Source of the DNA: Fimbriimonadales bacterium
GTDB taxonomy: Bacteria > Armatimonadota > Fimbriimonadia > Fimbriimonadales > Fimbriimonadaceae
DNA length: 64,000 nucleotides
Assembly (NCBI GenBank): GCA_038230855.1
Contig: JBBRML010000004.1
Location: forward strand, 15,562 to 79,561
Reading direction: 5' to 3'
Positions 56,054 through 64,000 of this stretch are shown here, in pieces (the first letter of the stretch is position 1; every line of letters begins with the position of its first letter). Below the pieces are notes generated by a model. The model had not been told where the DNA came from and made no database searches. It saw only the letters and a program-made list of their open reading frames with translations. A program made the position numbers and the translations under genes.

Positions 56054-56769
56054 GCGAAGTCGTCGTACGAACCGTGGACATAGCCAAGCAATATGGCGAA
56101 GGCGAAGCGGCGGTGCGAGCACTTAACAGCGTCACGTGCGAGATATACGCCGGCGAGTATCTGTCGATCATGGGTCCGTCTGGTTCCGGAAAATCAACGC
56201 TTTTCAACATGATCGGGGGCCTAGACAAGCCGACCGAGGGTAGCGTCTTCGTCAATTCTGTAGATCTGGCTCAATTGACCCCGCGAGAGCTCGCGTTCCT
56301 GCGGTGCCATACGATTGGCTACATTTTTCAAACGTTCAATCTGATCGCCGTTCGCACCGCTTTGGAAAATGTGACATTGCCGATGCTATTTGCGGGAACC
56401 AACCCGGACGACGCGAACTCACGTGGCCGTGAGCTACTTGACCTTGTAGGTCTTGGGCACCGTCTGCATCACCGGCCGAGTGAGCTTAGCGGCGGACAGC
56501 AACAGCGTGTTGCGGTCGCGCGAGCGTTAGCAAAGTCCCCGACGATCATCCTTGCGGATGAACCGACGGGGAATCTGGACCTGAAAACTGGGCAAGAGAT
56601 CATTGACCTCTTGCGGAGTTTGAACGAGGACCGAAACGTGACCATCATTTCGGCCACCCATGATCACAAGATGCTCAGCGTTTCGGATCGAATCTTTAGC
56701 ATCCGCGATGGTCAACTCGCGGATGTCCAAGTGAATGAGAAGGTCAGGCCTTCGGCTTCTGAAGCGTAA
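56050..56769 (+). CDS. LolD/MacB-type ABC ATPase
   Basis: [42 protein letters not shown]. Confidence 0.95.
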   Translation: MSEVVVRTVDIAKQYGEGEAAVRALNSVTCEIYAGEYLSIMGPSGSGKSTLFNMIGGLDKPTEGSVFVNSVDLAQLTPRELAFLRCHTIGYIFQTFNLIAVRTALENVTLPMLFAGTNPDDANSRGRELLDLVGLGHRLHHRPSELSGGQQQRVAVARALAKSPTIILADEPTGNLDLKTGQEIIDLLRSLNEDRNVTIISATHDHKMLSVSDRIFSIRDGQLADVQVNEKVRPSASEA

Positions 56770-57571
56770 TTTTGACCGTTGAATTGCTGGTGCTGTCGCC
56801 GGTCATCCCAATGGCCGACATGTCCATCGTGGCCTTGTCCTTCATTGTCATCGTCGTTTCGAGCGTTTGACCGGTAGCTGGATCGACAAGGATGTCCGCG
56901 GTCACCGTCGAGGCACCCTTGATCGCGAGGTCGGAAGGCAAGTTGGGAATATCGTCGGCAGTCATCTTGATTAGGTATTCGAGTACGCCAGTCATTTTGA
57001 GTTGGACCTGTCCGTCCTTCATTCCGACATAGGTGACCTTCATTTTTTGCTCCTTATTCAAGGTAGCGGGGCTCTTCGGAATTACCATGTCCCAACTGTC
57101 GCCTGCATTAACTGCCTTGTCGGAGAAGGTGACGAATATGCCGTTCAATCGGCTAACGGAGCCTAGAGCCATTGAAACCATTCCCTTCATCTTTGCATCC
57201 TCAAGTGTGACGATATTGAGCGATGAAATCGTACCTTTCTGGGTAAACGCAGGAATCTCGCTTGCAGGCGGAACCCCGTCGGCGCCGGGCCCGGTCATCT
57301 TCATTTCCACCAGTTTCATCGACTGAGTCAGGTTCATCTCACCCTTGTCGTTCGCCTCTAGGTATTTGACGGTGACGCTCGCTCCAACCGAGGACTCTTG
57401 CTCGATGTCCATACCGCCGATGCTGATGTTCATCTTTGACTTCTGCTCGAGCTTGTAGACCTCCGAAGTGTTTGGCTTAACGACTCGCTTAAGCGTGACA
57501 CCGTCATGAGCGGCAAAAGCCACGGATGCCAGCGCGAAAACAGCAATTGCTGAAACGTGAGTAATCTTCAT
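56744..57571 (-). CDS. Secreted hypothetical protein (DUF6263-like)
   Basis: Signal peptide; beta-strand-rich; V..GDSW motif. Confidence 0.6.
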   Translation of the reverse strand: MKITHVSAIAVFALASVAFAAHDGVTLKRVVKPNTSEVYKLEQKSKMNISIGGMDIEQESSVGASVTVKYLEANDKGEMNLTQSMKLVEMKMTGPGADGVPPASEIPAFTQKGTISSLNIVTLEDAKMKGMVSMALGSVSRLNGIFVTFSDKAVNAGDSWDMVIPKSPATLNKEQKMKVTYVGMKDGQVQLKMTGVLEYLIKMTADDIPNLPSDLAIKGASTVTADILVDPATGQTLETTMTMKDKATMDMSAIGMTGDSTSNSTVKITLQKPKA

Positions 57572-57665
57572 TTAATTCCAAAGATAGCACACGGGGTCCG
57601 TGCGCATCCGCATCGGAAATACGTTTTAGCCCGTCTTAACGTTACGGTATGGGACCCAAGAATTA

Positions 57666-58682
57666 GTGGTTGGTCTAAATTTTGCGCCTTTTGGGCCCAT
57701 CCATGAGTTCACTCTTGGCCTTGGCGGTGACCTCATGCTGAACGCGATCACCCCCTCCGAGAAGCCTTGGACGGGGATCGCTCCCGACATCCGTCGGCCG
57801 GACGTATTCCTAGCAAATCTTGAAATTCCTTTGACCGATGAGAAGGCGAAAACTCTGAGGAAGTCGGCCGCAGAGCTCAAGGCACGATCGCAGTTTGTGC
57901 TGAAGGCGGATCCCAAGCATGCGGCCTTCATGGCAGCCGCCGGATTCGATCTTGTCTCGCTGGCCAATAATCACGGTATGGATTACGGGCCCAATGGAAA
58001 TCGCCAAATGCGGCGAGCGCTAGAGGCGGCCAAAATCCACTTTGCCGGTGCAGGAGACAACGCGGCAGAGGCGATGGCCTTCTCGGTCATCACTCTCAAG
58101 GACGGAACGAGAATTGGGCTTTTCTCCGCTCTCGCGTTCTTAGGTCGGGGAGCACTCCTAAAGACCACCCCAGCGCGGCTAAACGCCCCAGGCGTCAACG
58201 TGCTCAACTTCAATGCTCGAATCGATGACTCAGCTAAATCTCGAATCAAGCGCATTGTCGCCAACGGCCATCGAGTGTGCGACTTTTTGGTTATTGGACT
58301 GCATTGGGGGATCGAACGGAAGCCAGTACCCGCGGCTTATCAGGTGGAACTTGGCCGTGCTTTCGCCGCAAGCGGCGCAAATCTAGTTTGGGGCCATCAT
58401 CCGCACGTGTTGCAAGGCGCAGAGTTGTACTCTGGAGTGCCCATTCTGTATTCGATGGGAAACCTGATTTCACCGACGCCTGCGCTAAGCGGCATCATCC
58501 ATATCCGAGTTCGAGAAGGCCATATCGTCCGCTCCTTCTTTCAACCTGTTATCGTGCGCGGAGGTAACGCCGCCAGTGAAACTGGCCCGGCTGGAAAAGC
58601 AAGCCGGGCAAAATTCGCAGAGCTTTGCCGAAAGTTTCATAAGATTTATCCCTCACCTCTATCGAAACCTCTTCGGATCTAG
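57666..58682 (+). CDS. CapA/poly-gamma-glutamate-synthesis family metallophosphoesterase
   Basis: GGDLML, ANLE, LANNHGMDYG, HWG.E, GHHPHVLQG, YSMGN. Confidence 0.92.
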   Translation: MVGLNFAPFGPIHEFTLGLGGDLMLNAITPSEKPWTGIAPDIRRPDVFLANLEIPLTDEKAKTLRKSAAELKARSQFVLKADPKHAAFMAAAGFDLVSLANNHGMDYGPNGNRQMRRALEAAKIHFAGAGDNAAEAMAFSVITLKDGTRIGLFSALAFLGRGALLKTTPARLNAPGVNVLNFNARIDDSAKSRIKRIVANGHRVCDFLVIGLHWGIERKPVPAAYQVELGRAFAASGANLVWGHHPHVLQGAELYSGVPILYSMGNLISPTPALSGIIHIRVREGHIVRSFFQPVIVRGGNAASETGPAGKASRAKFAELCRKFHKIYPSPLSKPLRI

Positions 58683-58703
58683 ACTATCGCGTCGTCGCGA
58701 GAT

Positions 58704-60680
58704 ATGCTCGCTTCAATGAACCTTCTGGCGGCCTACGTAGTTTCTGTGTCTGGACAAGGTGCCACCTCGCCATGGGTAATTGGGATCGAGCAATTACATC
58801 GGCTGGACCTATTGCCAGCATACAAACGAGCGATTCGAATCGGCAGCGTGACAAGCTATGACCGGAGCGGCGGTAATGACGACGGATTCTCCGGCAAGTA
58901 TTCGTTTGTCCGGAAGGAAGGCGAGAATCTCGTGCTGGCCGATCTCGTCGGACCCGGCTGCATATACCGAATCCATACGCCGACACCGACGGATGACATC
59001 CTCGATGTCATTTTTGATGGCGAATCGACGCCGCGGATCAGCATGCCGGTGCGAGATTTCTTCTCGGGCAAATTCGCGCCATTTCTACGTCCTTTGGTCG
59101 ACTATGCAGGCGGCGGATACTACTCGTACGTTCCCCTGCCCTATCGCAAAAGTTGCAAGTTGCTTCTCCACGCGAAGTCATTTCAGTTTTACGACCTGAA
59201 CTATGCGCAGTACGCTCCAGGTGCCGCCGTTACAACTTATGATCCGGTGGCCGCAAGTGGTCGGAATTATTGGAGGGCAGCTGACGTCTTCAATCTGGGT
59301 TCACGCACCCCGATCACGGAGTACACGACGCCAGCAGGCTCAAAGACAAGCACCCGAAACTTCGCAGGGCAACTTCAACCCGGTTCCGCCACTACCATCT
59401 TCGAATCTAACCGCGGCGGCCGAATCCTGGGAATCAAGCTTGGGCCCGCCGACGCTTTCGTTGGTAAGGCGCGCGATTTGTACCTAAGGATGACCTGGGA
59501 CGGTGATAAACATCCAGCCGTACTGTGCCCAGTCGGTGACTTCTTTGGATATGGTTGGGGGCGACCGGCGACAGGTTCACGACTGGTCGGAACGCGCGAC
59601 GGGACGAACTACTGCTTTTTGCCCATGCCCTTTGCTAAGAACGCAAAGGTTGAGCTCGTGTCCCTGCGGTCCACTGCCGAGCCTGTCGAGTTCCGGGGCA
59701 CAGTCACGGTAGGCGACATCCCGAGGCGGCCTTGGGAGGGCGCGTTTTTTGCGCGTTGGAATCGCGAAAACCCGACGACGCCAGGAATGGATTTCACCTT
59801 CTTCGAGTCGCCCGGCAAGGGCCATATAGTTGGTTTGGCGCTCCAAGCCCAGGGCAAGGAAGCAGGAAGCACCGGATTCTTTGAGGGCGACGACCAAACA
59901 GTCGTCGATGGCAAGATGGCGATCCATGGGACGGGTTCGGAAGATTTTTTCAATGGCGGTTGGTACGACGTGCCCGACCGATGGGACGGACCGGTCGCGA
60001 GGGCGCTGAGTGGATGCATGACCTATCAGAAGCCGCTCGGCCGGACTGGTGCTTACCGGTTCTTCATTGGCGACGCTTATAGTTACGTGTCCAGCATTCG
60101 CCAAGTGATCGAACACGGTGGAGATCGGAGCGATGTGCCTGCGGACTATTGCTCAATGACTTACTTGTACGCTTCTCACAATCCGGCTACGACGTCGAGC
60201 ATCCCCGATACGAAAACGAGAATGGTCTCGGACCCGCAACAAATCATCTTTTCGGCCCACTGGACTTTGCCGATCAGCTCGTTTAGCTTTCGTCAGGCTA
60301 CGGTTAGCCGCCGGGATGTCCCGGCCGCAGGTGGCCAAACGAGGTGCTTGTCCTTCCGCGCGCCATACGACGATTTCTTCGGCCCACCGTTCATCTCCTT
60401 TGTTTGTGATCTTCCGGCGGCTGGACGCTACCGAGTATTTGCCGATGTCGTAAAGGGGCCAGAGCAGGCGCAAGTCCAATTGTTCCGGGATGAATCTCCG
60501 GTGGCGGCACCGGTTGAGTTCTATGCCGAAAAGCCTATTTTGGTATCAGCCGTGCCCTTGGGCGAAGTTGTGGCGACGGACGGTCCGAACCGAATCATGT
60601 TCAAATTGGTAGGCAGCGACCCTCGGGCCAAGACAAAGGGCTTTGACATTGTCAACCTGATCTTCAAACGCGTGATATAG
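58704..60680 (+). CDS. DUF2961 / GH172-family glycoside hydrolase (likely secreted)
   Basis: SYDRSGGNDD, GPGCIYRIH, P.GDFF, EGDD, GTGSEDFFNGGWY. Confidence 0.85.
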   Translation: MLASMNLLAAYVVSVSGQGATSPWVIGIEQLHRLDLLPAYKRAIRIGSVTSYDRSGGNDDGFSGKYSFVRKEGENLVLADLVGPGCIYRIHTPTPTDDILDVIFDGESTPRISMPVRDFFSGKFAPFLRPLVDYAGGGYYSYVPLPYRKSCKLLLHAKSFQFYDLNYAQYAPGAAVTTYDPVAASGRNYWRAADVFNLGSRTPITEYTTPAGSKTSTRNFAGQLQPGSATTIFESNRGGRILGIKLGPADAFVGKARDLYLRMTWDGDKHPAVLCPVGDFFGYGWGRPATGSRLVGTRDGTNYCFLPMPFAKNAKVELVSLRSTAEPVEFRGTVTVGDIPRRPWEGAFFARWNRENPTTPGMDFTFFESPGKGHIVGLALQAQGKEAGSTGFFEGDDQTVVDGKMAIHGTGSEDFFNGGWYDVPDRWDGPVARALSGCMTYQKPLGRTGAYRFFIGDAYSYVSSIRQVIEHGGDRSDVPADYCSMTYLYASHNPATTSSIPDTKTRMVSDPQQIIFSAHWTLPISSFSFRQATVSRRDVPAAGGQTRCLSFRAPYDDFFGPPFISFVCDLPAAGRYRVFADVVKGPEQAQVQLFRDESPVAAPVEFYAEKPILVSAVPLGEVVATDGPNRIMFKLVGSDPRAKTKGFDIVNLIFKRVI

Positions 60681-60682
60681 TC

Positions 60683-62323
60683 ATGGCGATGCAAGGATAT
60701 CCTCTCATGCCCGGCCCAATGGGCTCACTGGCAACACCACAATCCGGCCGGAGCATGCGCGCCACATCTACCTTTCGCGAGGGCGCGGACGGCTTGTACG
60801 ACCCGAAGGCACCGCCCAAAAGCGACCTCGAAGAGAAGAGTAATCGAGATAACTTTCGGATTGCCCCGGGGGCGACGCACGTCCTGATGGACGTTGAGGG
60901 TCCGGGAATCATCACGCATATGTGGATCACGTTCTTGGGCCCGGAGATTCACCCTTGGGCGAAAACGGGCTCGGCGAACCACCAAGAGTTGCTCCTACGC
61001 ATTTATTACGATGGAAACGACAGGCCCGGCGTTGAAGCGCCGTTGGGAGACTTCTTCGCAGGATGTTTTGGGCGGCGGAGTGAGGTAATCAGCATTCCCG
61101 TGGTTGTGGAAGGCGGCGACAGCTACAACTGTTTCTGGCATATGCCATTCCACAAATCCGCGAGGGTTGAGATCGTGAACGAGAGCGAGAAGCCGCTCAG
61201 CCTCCTGTATTACAACATCGATTGGATCCTGAAGGACAGCTTGCCAGAAGATACGCCGTACTTCTACGCGCAATACAATCAGGCTTATCCGCTCGAAACG
61301 GGAAAGCCGTACACGATTCTGGAAACTACCGGAAAAGGTCATTACGTCGGCACTGTATTTTCAGTCCGGACGCGGAGTCCTTACTGGTTTGGCGAAGGCG
61401 ATGAAATGATCAGCATCGACGGCGAGGCAATTCCGTCCGTTTGGGGCACCGGCACGGAAGACTATTTTCTGTGCGCTTGGGGCCTTGAACGTGTACTCAC
61501 TCCGTTCTTCGGCGTGCCTTATTTTGATCAGTGGGGGATTATCGGCGGGCACACGAGCGCTTACCGGTGGCACGTGAATGACCCGTTCTTGTTCAACACG
61601 TCATTTAGATTTCAATTTGAAACATTTGGTTGGATGAGCCCGGATGAGAATCTGGAGTACCGGGCCATGAGTTGGAACCCGCGCGAGGATGACTTCGCTA
61701 GTGTCGCCTTTTGGTACCAAGTCGGCACGCCGACATTTGCAGCAAGAGCCCCACACGCTAAGGAGCGGGCACTGCCGAACATCGACAGAACTGTCGTGTT
61801 GGTTTCTCAACTCGACTACGGTCAAAAGAACACCTTGGACACCGACGAGCCGCCTCGGCTCGAATATGACGGAAGAGGTCACCGAGCCGCGACGGAAATC
61901 GAGGTTCAGCGCTATCCCGAACATTTTACCAACGATGTCTTGGTGGTGCCAGATACGACGGTGCCGTTCGAAGTGAGTTTTTCGGTCGCAGAGAAGGAGC
62001 CGCTGAGGTTACTCATCAACATGGGCCTTGCGCCGAGTCTAGGAACGTACGAAGTCTCGCTTGATGGAGTTCGGATGGGTGAGACAATGGACTTTTACGC
62101 CCCAGAGGTTGGACAAAAGGAGTTTCATTTCCTCGACTTTTGGCCGGAACCGGGCACTTACACGCTGCGCCTTACCTGCATTGGCAAGAATCACCTTTCG
62201 AGTGGATCCGGCCTCATGATCGAATCGGTTCGCCTACGAATGCGCAGACCCCGCGTTGTCGCAATGGCGCACGACAAAGATAAAGATTGGCGCACCAACC
62301 CGCTGTACTACGCTGGAACTTAA
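60683..62323 (+). CDS. DUF2961 / GH172-family glycoside hydrolase
   Basis: GPGIITHMW, P.GDFF, FGEGDE, GTGTEDYF, SVAFWYQ. Confidence 0.88.
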   Translation: MAMQGYPLMPGPMGSLATPQSGRSMRATSTFREGADGLYDPKAPPKSDLEEKSNRDNFRIAPGATHVLMDVEGPGIITHMWITFLGPEIHPWAKTGSANHQELLLRIYYDGNDRPGVEAPLGDFFAGCFGRRSEVISIPVVVEGGDSYNCFWHMPFHKSARVEIVNESEKPLSLLYYNIDWILKDSLPEDTPYFYAQYNQAYPLETGKPYTILETTGKGHYVGTVFSVRTRSPYWFGEGDEMISIDGEAIPSVWGTGTEDYFLCAWGLERVLTPFFGVPYFDQWGIIGGHTSAYRWHVNDPFLFNTSFRFQFETFGWMSPDENLEYRAMSWNPREDDFASVAFWYQVGTPTFAARAPHAKERALPNIDRTVVLVSQLDYGQKNTLDTDEPPRLEYDGRGHRAATEIEVQRYPEHFTNDVLVVPDTTVPFEVSFSVAEKEPLRLLINMGLAPSLGTYEVSLDGVRMGETMDFYAPEVGQKEFHFLDFWPEPGTYTLRLTCIGKNHLSSGSGLMIESVRLRMRRPRVVAMAHDKDKDWRTNPLYYAGT

Positions 62324-62341
62324 ACAGCGAGGAATTCTGAC

Positions 62342-62662
62342 ATGCCGCACATTTCTATTGCCGTCTATAAGCCCAAGCCTGACCAGGATGCTGCCCTTCG
62401 AGCAGTGCTCGCCGACCACATGCCCATTCTCCTGAGTCAAGGCCTCGTGACCGAGCGACCATCGATTCTGATGAAGTCCTCAGGTGGTGCCTACGTGGAA
62501 GTGTTTGAGTGGGCTTCTCAGGAAGCTATCCAAGCGGCCCACACAAACCCAACGGTGCTGGAGATGTGGGCTCGGTTTGATCTCGCATGTACCTTTGAGC
62601 GCCTGCCCGACCTGCCAGAGTCGAGCGACATGTTCGCTGGTTTCGAACCGGTTAACCTCTAG
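62342..62662 (+). CDS. Small hypothetical protein (ABM/dimeric alpha-beta barrel-like)
   Basis: GAGG RBS; YVEVFEW.S.EA...AH pattern. Confidence 0.7.
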   Translation: MPHISIAVYKPKPDQDAALRAVLADHMPILLSQGLVTERPSILMKSSGGAYVEVFEWASQEAIQAAHTNPTVLEMWARFDLACTFERLPDLPESSDMFAGFEPVNL

Positions 62663-62752
62663 CTCGTACTGAACCAAAGCTGGAAAATCGTCGTTACGCT
62701 GTCATAATTCATCTTGAACAACTCAATCCCATTGTCTGGGAAGGTGATACGT

Positions 62753-64000
62753 ATGGCAGAACTCTACGAAAACTCATATCTTTATCGGCTGCGACACTCT
62801 GCAGCGCACTTGATGGCCCAAGCGGTCCAAGAGCTCTATCCCCGAGTCAAACTCAGTATCGGTCCCCCGATTGAGAACGGCTTCTATTACGACATAGACT
62901 TCCCCGAGCCTTTCCGCGAAGAAGAGCTCGCGAAGATTGAAGCGAAGATGAAGGAGCTGTCAAAGCTCGATCAACGCATCGAACGGATCGAAGTCAACCG
63001 CGAAGAAGCAAGGTCGCTTATCCTTGATGAGACGATTCCGGGGATGGGGGCCGCGGTCGCGGACTACAAGCTTCAGCTACTTGATGGCATTCCGTCCGAC
63101 CAAACGCTCAGCTTTTATGACCAAAAGCGAACGGATCGCGAAGGCAACCACCATCGCTTTCTCGACCTGTGTCGTGGTCCCCACGTAGACTCGACGAAGG
63201 AGGTCAAGCATTTCAAGCTAATGTCCATCGCCGGCGCATATTGGCGCGGCGATGTGAAGAACAAGCAGCTCACGCGCATCTACGGAACGGCATTTGAGTC
63301 GAAAGAAGACCTTGAGTTGCACCTGCATAACCTTGAGGAGGCAAAGAAACGCGACCACCGGATCCTAGGGCGCGAGCTTGGCCTATTTATGTTCAGTCCG
63401 CGTGTTGGCACGGGCTTGCCGCTTTGGTTACCAAAGGGCGCGATTCTGCGCGAGACGCTCGTGAATTTCATGAAGGACGAGCAGTTACGGCGAGGCTACC
63501 TGCCCGTGGTTACGCCTCATATCGGCAGCATCAAACTATACGAAAAGTCCGGTCATATCATCAATTACCGAGACAAGATGTTTCCATTCATGGTGGACGA
63601 AGACAAGGAAACGTACATTCTCAAGCCGATGAATTGTCCGTTTCACATCGAGATTTACGCATCTCAAATGCGTTCGTATCGTGACTTACCCATTCGCTAT
63701 GCAGAATTCGGAACGGTGCATCGATACGAGCAGAGCGGCGAGGTTACGGGCATTTTGCGTGCCCGGGGCTTCACGCAGGACGACGCACATCTTTTTGTTC
63801 GCCCCGATCAATTGCTATCAGAATTTATCGGTGTTGTCGACCTGATGAAGGCCACGTTGGACAAGCTGGGCCTAACCGAGTATCGTGTTCGGGTTGGCAC
63901 GAAGGACCCGGCGAGCGACAAATACGTCGGACACGACGACAACTGGGTGGCGGCGACGAACGCGATCGAGACCGCATGCAAGCAGATCGGCCTCGAATAC
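62753..64000 (+). CDS. thrS: Threonyl-tRNA synthetase (runs off the window)
   Basis: Translated by hand: RHSAAHLMAQAV, IGPPIENGFYYD, DLCRGPH, RDHRILG, KPMNCP, RGFTQDDAH. Confidence 0.97.
   Translation, partial: MAELYENSYLYRLRHSAAHLMAQAVQELYPRVKLSIGPPIENGFYYDIDFPEPFREEELAKIEAKMKELSKLDQRIERIEVNREEARSLILDETIPGMGAAVADYKLQLLDGIPSDQTLSFYDQKRTDREGNHHRFLDLCRGPHVDSTKEVKHFKLMSIAGAYWRGDVKNKQLTRIYGTAFESKEDLELHLHNLEEAKKRDHRILGRELGLFMFSPRVGTGLPLWLPKGAILRETLVNFMKDEQLRRGYLPVVTPHIGSIKLYEKSGHIINYRDKMFPFMVDEDKETYILKPMNCPFHIEIYASQMRSYRDLPIRYAEFGTVHRYEQSGEVTGILRARGFTQDDAHLFVRPDQLLSEFIGVVDLMKATLDKLGLTEYRVRVGTKDPASDKYVGHDDNWVAATNAIETACKQIGLEY

Noticed and set aside
1-64000. Numerous short alternative-frame ORFs, and the extended N-termini given for 13879..15195, 26191..27864, 36402..37604, 39177..40016, 42103..42705 and 46005..47174
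   Set aside because: They overlap well-supported genes in a GC-rich genome; homology motifs and RBS or promoter positions support the shorter starts listed.
1-64000. Mobile elements, prophage or defence systems
   Set aside because: No transposase, integrase, phage, restriction or toxin motifs recognised, and no obvious compositional break.

Overview
A gene-dense, mostly housekeeping 64-kb bacterial segment. It is probably from Armatimonadota (Fimbriimonas-like); this is inferred from the MKRAFTLIELLVVIAIIAILAAILFPVFA-type prepilin, the GntR/LacI hybrid regulator, kdsB and fliD. About 62 genes are supportable. Core genes: asd (partial), fliD, an E1 alpha/beta pair, hppA, glgP, livF-rimI-tsaD, pyrH-frr-uppS, dnaN, kdsB, ridA, rpsJ, fabI, hrcA, two tatA-family genes and thrS (partial). 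No rRNA, tRNA, CRISPR array, transposase or integrase was recognised. The most notable items are: (1) an apparently translationally coupled operon of an unknown protein, a stand-alone PqqD/RRE protein, a miniature MacB/FtsX permease and an ABC ATPase, with no RiPP enzyme; (2) a GntR/LacI-prepilin-twin-lipoprotein locus whose pilin has an in-frame TAA at codon 30; (3) a glucuronokinase-like kinase paired with a nucleotidyltransferase; (4) an H+-pyrophosphatase with a ~263-aa loop insertion; (5) ECF/anti-sigma proteins and free STN-like domains; (6) an acyl-ACP-reductase homologue with an uncharacterised partner; (7) a leaderless promoter pattern (TANNNT-N6-start), an apparent AUC start for uppS, and structured leaders on thrS, rpsJ and pyrH. 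All family assignments come from motif recognition by eye; no searches were run.
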